Part shown: positions 58,011-64,000 of the stretch, piece after piece
Numbering within the stretch: the stretch's first letter is position 1
How the letters are laid out: every line of letters starts with the position of its first letter
Assembly: GCA_963764165.1 (NCBI GenBank)
Contig: CAVXRD010000002.1
Location: 2,112,001-2,176,000 of the forward strand
DNA: 64,000 bases
From: an uncultured Verrucomicrobiae bacterium
Lineage (GTDB): Bacteria > Verrucomicrobiota > Verrucomicrobiia > Limisphaerales > Palsa-1400
Direction of reading: 5' to 3'
The notes under the pieces: model-generated
Database searches by the model: none
What the model saw: the letters and a program-made list of their open reading frames with translations, nothing else
What the model was told of the DNA's origin: nothing
Translations under genes and position numbers: made by a program

Positions 58011-58472
58011 TCATCCAGTTGCAGGAAAATACACATAAGGCCATTGCGAACTCTCTTTGACCAGCCCCTTCCTAACCGGATTCGCAAGAATGTAGTCCGC
58101 CTTCTCGCGCCGGCTTTCGTTCGAACGAAGACGGTGTTCAAAAAAGTCCCGATGCCACTCAATTCCCAGTTGGCGAGACGTCCAGCGTTTCCACATCGTT
58201 ACAGTTTGGCGAACCGTGTTTTTGGACGGAGGAAATGAAAGCAGGGCATGAATATGGTCCGGCATGAGAAGAAAAATATGCGCGAACCAAATGTATTTCT
58301 CATTGCGAATTTTAACGGACTCCAGCAGCGAGGCAGCGACCGCGGGACCGGTAAGTTGAGGCCAGCCTCTCTGCTGGCACGTCACTGTAATGAAATACAC
58401 CTCTTTCTGAGGATCGATCCATAGCGGCACATCGTGCGGCAGCGATTGACGGTTGGGAGTCGTCATTTTCAC
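58011..58472 (-). CDS. REP-associated tyrosine transposase (RAYT, Y1 HUH)
   Basis: YFITV, LMPDHIH (HUH), WHRDFFEHRLR, YILANPVRKGLV..W; flanked by inverted GTAG REPs. Confidence 0.92.
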   Translation of the reverse strand: MKMTTPNRQSLPHDVPLWIDPQKEVYFITVTCQQRGWPQLTGPAVAASLLESVKIRNEKYIWFAHIFLLMPDHIHALLSFPPSKNTVRQTVTMWKRWTSRQLGIEWHRDFFEHRLRSNESRREKADYILANPVRKGLVKESSQWPYVYFPATG

Positions 58473-58529
58473 AAAGAAGAACAGCGCACAGGGTCTGTCA
58501 AGAGAAGTTCGCTGCCTGTTTTGCCACGT

Positions 58530-58561
58530 CCCCGGACGCCTCGGCGAGGCGTCCCTACCTT
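58530..58561 (-). repeat. REP flanking the RAYT gene (upstream side)
   Basis: ccccggacgcctcggcgaggcgtccctacctt. Confidence 0.92.
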
Positions 58562-58592
58562 CATTGGCGGGCTGGCGCCCGCAGCTTGCTTT

Positions 58593-59972
58593 TTAGTCAA
58601 ACATTTTTCCAGGATTGAGAATGCCATTCGGATCAAGCGCCTTCCGCAACTCCCGCGTGACGCGCATTTGGGCATCGCCGAGAAATTTCGGCAGGAACGA
58701 TTTCTTCGACAGGCCGACGCCGTGTTCGCCGGTAATCGTTCCGCCGCGGCGAACGGCTTCGTCGAATATCTCCTTAAAGGCTTCCTCGACGCGGTGCATT
58801 TCCTCGTGATTGCGCTCGTCGGTGAGGAAGGTAGGATGAAGATTTCCGTCGCCCATGTGGCCGAAGGTGCCAATGCGCAATTTGTATTTCTTCGCAATCG
58901 AGTCAACAAAACGAATCATCGCCGCCAATTCGCTGCGCGGCACGGTGGCGTCCTCGAGAATGGTCGTGGGCGCGACGCGGGCGAGGGCGGAAAAGGCGCT
59001 GCGGCGGGCGGCGGCCAATTGATTTCCCTCCGCCTCATCGCGAGCCACGCGGACTTCCTTGCAGCCGCGCTCGCGGCAAATTTGCTCCATGCGGGCCGCC
59101 TCGTCCGCCACCGCGGCGGGATGGCCGTCGGTTTCCATCAGCAGCAGCGCCTCGCAATCCAGGGGCAGGCCGATTTTTGCGTAATCCTCCACGCACTGAA
59201 TAGTGGTGCGGTCGAGAAATTCCAGCGTGCATGGAATAATTTGCGCGGCAATGATCGCCGACACCGCTTCGGCCGCGTGATCCATCTGCGAAAACGTCGC
59301 GATCATTGTTTTCTTCGCGGTGGGCTTCGGGATCAATTTCAGCAGCACTTTCGTGATGACGCCAAGCGTGCCTTCCGAGCCGACAAACAAATCCTTGATC
59401 GAGTAACCGGCGACGTCTTTGACGCACTTGTTGCCCGTCCACATAATTTCGCCGTTCGGCAAAACCACTTCCAGTCCCATCACGTAATTGCGCGTGATGC
59501 CGTATTTCAATCCGCGCAGCCCGCCGGAATTTTCCGCGACGTTTCCGCCGATGGTGGAAATTTTCATCGAGCCCGGATCGGGCGGATAAAACAATCCCGC
59601 CGCGCTCGCCGCATCAGCGACTTGAAGCGTCGTCGCGCCAGGCTCAACGAGAATTGTGAGATTGGCGCGGTCCAATTCCAGGATTTTCCCCATCTTCACC
59701 GTGCAGAGAACAATGCAATCCGCGCTGGGCAAACTGCCGCCGCTCAAGCCGGTGCCGGAGCCGCGCGTCACGACGGGAATTCTCGCCGTGTTTGCGTAAA
59801 GAAGAATATCGCGCACATGCTCCGTGGACTGCGCGAACAGGACGCAGCCGGGCATTTGCCGGAGGGCGGCCGTGCCGTCGAATGAATAAGGGATTAAATC
59901 TTCCTCCGCCGTAAGAACATTCGCCGCACCCACCCGCCCCTGCAACTCGCCGATGATGCCTGCTGCCAACAT
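58593..59972 (-). CDS. glcD: FAD-linked oxidase, glycolate oxidase subunit GlcD-like
   Basis: RGSGTGLSGG, YPPDPGS, GGLRGLKYG, GSEGTLG, GHMGDGNLHP, TGEHGVG, LNPGK. Confidence 0.88.
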   Translation of the reverse strand: MLAAGIIGELQGRVGAANVLTAEEDLIPYSFDGTAALRQMPGCVLFAQSTEHVRDILLYANTARIPVVTRGSGTGLSGGSLPSADCIVLCTVKMGKILELDRANLTILVEPGATTLQVADAASAAGLFYPPDPGSMKISTIGGNVAENSGGLRGLKYGITRNYVMGLEVVLPNGEIMWTGNKCVKDVAGYSIKDLFVGSEGTLGVITKVLLKLIPKPTAKKTMIATFSQMDHAAEAVSAIIAAQIIPCTLEFLDRTTIQCVEDYAKIGLPLDCEALLLMETDGHPAAVADEAARMEQICRERGCKEVRVARDEAEGNQLAAARRSAFSALARVAPTTILEDATVPRSELAAMIRFVDSIAKKYKLRIGTFGHMGDGNLHPTFLTDERNHEEMHRVEEAFKEIFDEAVRRGGTITGEHGVGLSKKSFLPKFLGDAQMRVTRELRKALDPNGILNPGKMFD

Positions 59973-60026
59973 AGTTTGCGGAGAATGGGCAGGGGGCCGC
60001 AGTGTGTCAATTCCGAAACCGCTGAT

Positions 60027-60175
60027 TGGCCGCAGATGAACGCAGATCAACGCAGATTTCTGAAATACGTTTGATTGACATGAAATAGTCAGGTGCGGGC
60101 ATTTGCGCCCGGCTCGGGATCTTGGTTTTTTCTGCATTGTATTTATCTGCGTTGATCTGCGTTAATCTGCGGCCA
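60027..60175. repeat. 31-bp inverted repeat built of 10-bp AACGCAGATn units
   Basis: tggccgcagatgaacgcagatcaacgcagat (60027-60057) and inverse at 60145-60175, 1 mismatch. Confidence 0.8.
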
Positions 60176-60985
60176 TTGTTTAATTTGAACTCTGCGGCGC
60201 AAAATTTTGTTTTGGACGGTTCAACCCAGCCGGATCCCGTCCTTCAAGCAAGCGTCGAAAAAATTGATTCGCGGCTGCGCAATGAATTTGGCATGGCTCC
60301 AGATCAAACCGCCGTTGGCTTGCTCGATTTGCAAACCGCGCGCCTGGCAATGATCCGGCCCGATTTTGAAGAATACGGCGCCAGCGTTCCCAAAATTGGA
60401 ATCCTGCTGGCTTATTTCCAACTTCATCCCGGGGCGGCAACCCATCTTGATCCGCAAATCCGCCACGAGCTCGGATTGATGGCCAAGGCGTCCAGCAATG
60501 AAATGGCGTCCAAATTTTCACAGGAAACGGGACTGGCGCGAATTCGCGACGTCTTGGACGCCTATCAATTTTATGATCCCACGCACGGTGGCATTTGGGT
60601 TGGGAAGCATTACGGATTGGCCATTGAGCGCGTCGGGTCGCCAGTGCGGGACAACTCGCATGGCGCGACCATTCGGCAGCTCCTGCGATTTTATCTTTTG
60701 CTGGAGCAGGGCAAACTTGTTTCGCCGGCGGCCTCGCGAGTGATGAAAGAAATTTTTGAGTCGCCGCAAATTCCGCACGACAACATCAAGTTCGTCAAAG
60801 GATTGGCTGGGCGGGGCGTCCACATTCTGCGCAAATGGGGATCATGGGAGGACTGGCTGCACGACACCGCCATCATCACTGGCGCGCGGCGGCATTACAT
60901 TCTGGCCGCGTTGACGCATCATCCAAGGGGCGACGATTATTTGACAGCTTTGGCGGAAGCGATCGACGATTTAATGGGAAGGTAG
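60122..60985 (+). CDS. Serine hydrolase, class A beta-lactamase-like fold (start uncertain)
   Basis: ASVPK (SxxK), SSN (SxN), RKWGS (KTG position), HDTAII. Confidence 0.8.
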   Translation: MVFSALYLSALICVNLRPLFNLNSAAQNFVLDGSTQPDPVLQASVEKIDSRLRNEFGMAPDQTAVGLLDLQTARLAMIRPDFEEYGASVPKIGILLAYFQLHPGAATHLDPQIRHELGLMAKASSNEMASKFSQETGLARIRDVLDAYQFYDPTHGGIWVGKHYGLAIERVGSPVRDNSHGATIRQLLRFYLLLEQGKLVSPAASRVMKEIFESPQIPHDNIKFVKGLAGRGVHILRKWGSWEDWLHDTAIITGARRHYILAALTHHPRGDDYLTALAEAIDDLMGR

Positions 60986-61055
60986 ACGTCTTTCGAGAGC
61001 CCGGACGCGCTCGAAAAACGCCACGGCCTCGGACGCCTCGGCGAGGCGTCCCTAC
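60979..61055. repeat. Truncated REP doublet: right REP and spacer kept, left REP eroded
   Basis: ggacgcctcggcgaggcgtccctac at 61031-61055, preceded by a spacer similar to that of 57046-57141 (gcccggacgcg..cga.aaacgccacg.cctc). Confidence 0.8.
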
Positions 61056-61101
61056 CTCAAAATGCTTTCGCTTTTTCAGATTACGTTTATGCTGTCCCTC
61101 G

Positions 61102-62769
61102 ATGACAATCGCTTTTCGGTTCTTCGCGTCCTTGGTTGTTTTTGCCGCGGCAACGTCGTTGGCCGCGGAGACAAATTATCCGTCCATCGTTCCACAGCCC
61201 GCGCACATGACACTCTCGGAAGGCGGGTTCGTGCTCACACCCGACACGGCGATTTACACCGACGAGGCTTCGACCGCGACGGGCGAACAACTCGCCTCGC
61301 GCCTCCGCCCTCCAACCGGATTCCCGCTCAAAGTGATTGCCACAAACGCAAGCGCGGAGCCGATTACCAACGCGATTTTCCTGACCACGAGCAACGCAAA
61401 AAAGGAACTCGGCGCGGAAGGATACGAACTCTCCGTCGCGTCGAACGCCATTGTGATTCGCGCGCCGGAGCAGGCGGGATTGTTTTACGGCGCGCAATCG
61501 CTGGAGCAAATGCTCCCGCCGCAAATTTTTTCCACCAACGCCGTGACCAGCGTCGCCTGGCAAATTCCCTGCGCGCAAATTGAGGACCAGCCCCGCTTCA
61601 CCTGGCGCGGAATGATGCTCGATGTGAGCCGCGATTTTTTCACCGTGCCGGAAGTCGAGCGGTTGCTTGATCTTCTCGCCCTGCATAAAATCAACACCTT
61701 CCACTGGCATCTGGTCGATGCCGACGGCTGGCGCATCGAGATCAAGAGATATCCGAGGCTGACCGAAGAGGGTGCCTGGCGCGCGCACAGCCGCGTCACG
61801 CCCGCCAAGCCGCGGCGCGATAATCTCGAGCAGAATGCGGGGCATCCCGCCTGGGCGGATGCGCTGCCCGCCACCTACCGGTCTGATGGGAAATACGGCG
61901 GCTTTTACACCCAGGATCAAATTCGCGAAGTGGTCGCCTACGCCGCCGCGCTGCATATTACCATAGTTCCCGAAATTGAAATGCCCGGCCACTCCGCCGC
62001 CGCGCTCGACGCCTATCCGCAATTAAAATGCGTCGGCGCGGATAAAACGTGGGTTTATTGCGCCGGCAACGACGAAAGTTTTGAGTTTCTCGAGGGAGTT
62101 CTGGACGAAGTCTTCACGCTTTTCCCGGGCAAATACATCCACATCGGCGGCGACGAAGTAAGCACCAACAATTGGAGCCGCTGCTCGAAATGCCAGGCCC
62201 GCATGATCGCCGAAGGAATGACCAACACCTTCGAGTTGCAGAGCTATTTCATCAAGCGCATCGAGAAATATGTCAATTCGCGCGGCAAGCATCTCATCGG
62301 CTGGAGCGAAATTCTCAAGGGCGGCCTGGCCCCCAGCGCGACCGTCATGGATTGGATTGGCGGCGCGGTCAAATCGGCCAGCAGCGGCCACGACGTCGTG
62401 ATGTCGCCGAGCGCTTACGCGTATCTGGATCATTACCAATCGCAAAATCACGCCACCGAACCCTGGGCCATCGGGCAATTTCTGCCATTGAGCAAAGTGT
62501 ATTCCTTCGAGCCGGTGCCCGCCGAGTTGCAGCCGCAATTTGCCGCGCATATCCTCGGCGCGCAGGGGAATTTGTGGACGGAATACGTCGCTTCCTTCAA
62601 GCACGTCGAGTACATGGCCTTTCCCCGGATGTGCGCCATGGCTGAGGTGACATGGTCGCCGAAGGAAGAGCGCAACTGGGAAAATTTTTCACACCGCCTG
62701 CAAACGCATCTGCAGCGCCTCGACGAACTCGGCGTGAATTACCGAAAAATTTCTCCGGAAACAAAATAA
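61102..62769 (+). CDS. GH20 beta-N-acetylhexosaminidase, secreted
   Basis: DQPRFTWRGMMLDVSR, FHWHLVD, PEIEMPGH, HIGGDE, GAQGNLWTE, FPR. Confidence 0.95.
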   Translation: MTIAFRFFASLVVFAAATSLAAETNYPSIVPQPAHMTLSEGGFVLTPDTAIYTDEASTATGEQLASRLRPPTGFPLKVIATNASAEPITNAIFLTTSNAKKELGAEGYELSVASNAIVIRAPEQAGLFYGAQSLEQMLPPQIFSTNAVTSVAWQIPCAQIEDQPRFTWRGMMLDVSRDFFTVPEVERLLDLLALHKINTFHWHLVDADGWRIEIKRYPRLTEEGAWRAHSRVTPAKPRRDNLEQNAGHPAWADALPATYRSDGKYGGFYTQDQIREVVAYAAALHITIVPEIEMPGHSAAALDAYPQLKCVGADKTWVYCAGNDESFEFLEGVLDEVFTLFPGKYIHIGGDEVSTNNWSRCSKCQARMIAEGMTNTFELQSYFIKRIEKYVNSRGKHLIGWSEILKGGLAPSATVMDWIGGAVKSASSGHDVVMSPSAYAYLDHYQSQNHATEPWAIGQFLPLSKVYSFEPVPAELQPQFAAHILGAQGNLWTEYVASFKHVEYMAFPRMCAMAEVTWSPKEERNWENFSHRLQTHLQRLDELGVNYRKISPETK

Positions 62770-63073
62770 GCCGGGAGGTTTTTTGCGGTGCGTGTGTCGC
62801 GTTGCGGTACGGCAGCCGCCGCGAAATAGGTCGTATTTGTCCTATGGGTCCCATCCGTCTCATTCGTGGCGCATGAATGCGCCCCGGCAGCCGCAAAACG
62901 CCCGCGAATCCCTGTGTTTGACAGCACTCGGGCGTCCGAACCAGAAAAAAAGTTTCAGAAATTTTCACTTCACTGTTGACATACGGTGGCCAAATTGGGT
63001 AATTTCAATCTTTCGCAGCAACGTCGAGTGCCGCGAAACCATTGTTGTTAGACGAACAAAAGCTAAGATCAAT

Positions 63074-64000
63074 ATGAAAATGTTTCGATTCCTTCCACCC
63101 AGTATAGCCGTCGGTGTCCTCCTCTCTCTAAACAGCGCCCAGGCCACGCCTTACGCATCCGGCCTTACCAATAATGGTAACGGCACGATGTCATTTTACC
63201 TCAATGAAGCGGGGGGCAGCGTAACCATCACCTACGAAGACAATACCACAAACGCCAGTTTCAATGGCACAACAACGGGAACCAATCTGCCCACGGGCAT
63301 TCAAACGTTCAGCGTTGCGGGGCACACAGGATACTCGATTTCGGTATTCAAAGTGGGAACTGGTGTGCCGACTCTAATCAAGAGTTCGGCTGCCTTCACG
63401 CCCCGTGGCGTGGCTGTGAACACGCGTGCGGCGTCACCCTACTTCGGCACCGTTTATGCCGACATTTCGGGTGGAAATATTAATGTGTTCCACAGCGATT
63501 TCACCTCAGTTTATGGAGCATCTCGCTCTGGCGGGCAGACTTGGGCGGGCGGCGGATTGAGCCCATACCGGCTTTCCATTACCCCTGATGACTATTTGAT
63601 GGTTGGCGATGCCTCGTCCGCCCACGCCGGTGTGTATAGAATTGATCCCACGGTGTCCACGAGCCAGCTCGTCCTTGGTCCAATCGGTGAGGGCCCGGCT
63701 GGCACTGGGAACGGCAATTTCGGCACGATTCAATCCAGGCCGTTCATTATCGGCAACCCATCCACCGGACCTTTCACGCTGATGGAAGTCGACGGCGATT
63801 ATCCTGCGGTCAACGGTTACAATTCCCTTTTGATCTACACGAACCTCTCTTTAGCTTCCTTGCCTCACGACGCTCCGCCCGACATCCAAGGTCCCGATAT
63901 TGGTGTTCCGCTGGATAGCGAGGCTTTGGGTGACAACGAGTATCCTGGTCTTTCGCAGGGGACGAATGGTTATATTTATGCCAGCACCTACCGCAACAAC
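63074..64000 (+). CDS. Secreted hypothetical protein, partial (runs off window)
   Basis: MKMFRFLPPSIAVGVLLSLNSAQA|TPYASGLTNNGNGTMSFYLNE...; absent from the ORF track, consistent with no stop inside the window; TTGACA about 100 bp upstream. Confidence 0.75.
   Translation, partial: MKMFRFLPPSIAVGVLLSLNSAQATPYASGLTNNGNGTMSFYLNEAGGSVTITYEDNTTNASFNGTTTGTNLPTGIQTFSVAGHTGYSISVFKVGTGVPTLIKSSAAFTPRGVAVNTRAASPYFGTVYADISGGNINVFHSDFTSVYGASRSGGQTWAGGGLSPYRLSITPDDYLMVGDASSAHAGVYRIDPTVSTSQLVLGPIGEGPAGTGNGNFGTIQSRPFIIGNPSTGPFTLMEVDGDYPAVNGYNSLLIYTNLSLASLPHDAPPDIQGPDIGVPLDSEALGDNEYPGLSQGTNGYIYASTYRNN

Noticed and set aside
60835..61101. N-terminal extensions in the ORF track for GH20 (and likewise glcD, feoB, ftsA, murG, ftsL)
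   Set aside because: They run through repeats or upstream genes; downstream ATGs give proper signal peptides or family N-termini.
62820..62870. Low-complexity ataggtc/gtcctatgggtcccat stretch as a repeat element
   Set aside because: A single short, imperfect copy; too weak to call from this window.

Overview
A GC-rich bacterial chromosome segment. The style of the dcw cluster, FtsZ tail, tmRNA and secreted proteins suggests Verrucomicrobiota, probably subdivision 3 (Pedosphaera-like); this assignment is inferred. Left (1-14.3 kb): an AbrB/PIN toxin-antitoxin pair, an RNase H-like protein, a MidA methyltransferase and three large secreted repeat proteins, the last broken at about 14,340. Middle (14.3-26.4 kb): a decayed composite island running from a tRNA-Gly 3' fragment to the tmRNA gene. 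It carries a kaiC-kaiB-multi-PAS/GAF hybrid kinase operon (no kaiA in the window), a convergent response regulator and a collapsed tmRNA-targeting integrase remnant. 26.4-35.6 kb: an IS630-type MITE, a NemR-like TetR with near-identical operators in front of itself and a group-2 sigma factor, small TA/immunity/CHASE2 genes, and an orphan phage-like switch (XRE repressor plus three operators) facing a three-gene operon ending in Mu-Gam. 35.7-51.8 kb: an otherwise complete dcw cluster (mraZ to ftsZ) that lacks exactly murC, murD and murE. Right: feoA-feoA-feoB, a GT2, a REP-flanked RAYT transposase with dispersed REP doublets, glcD, a serine hydrolase, a GH20 and a partial secreted protein. The strongest leads are the missing MurC/D/E, the Kai-kinase module with an altered KaiC CII active site, and the Gam switch. 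All product calls come from motif recognition by eye; no database searches were run.
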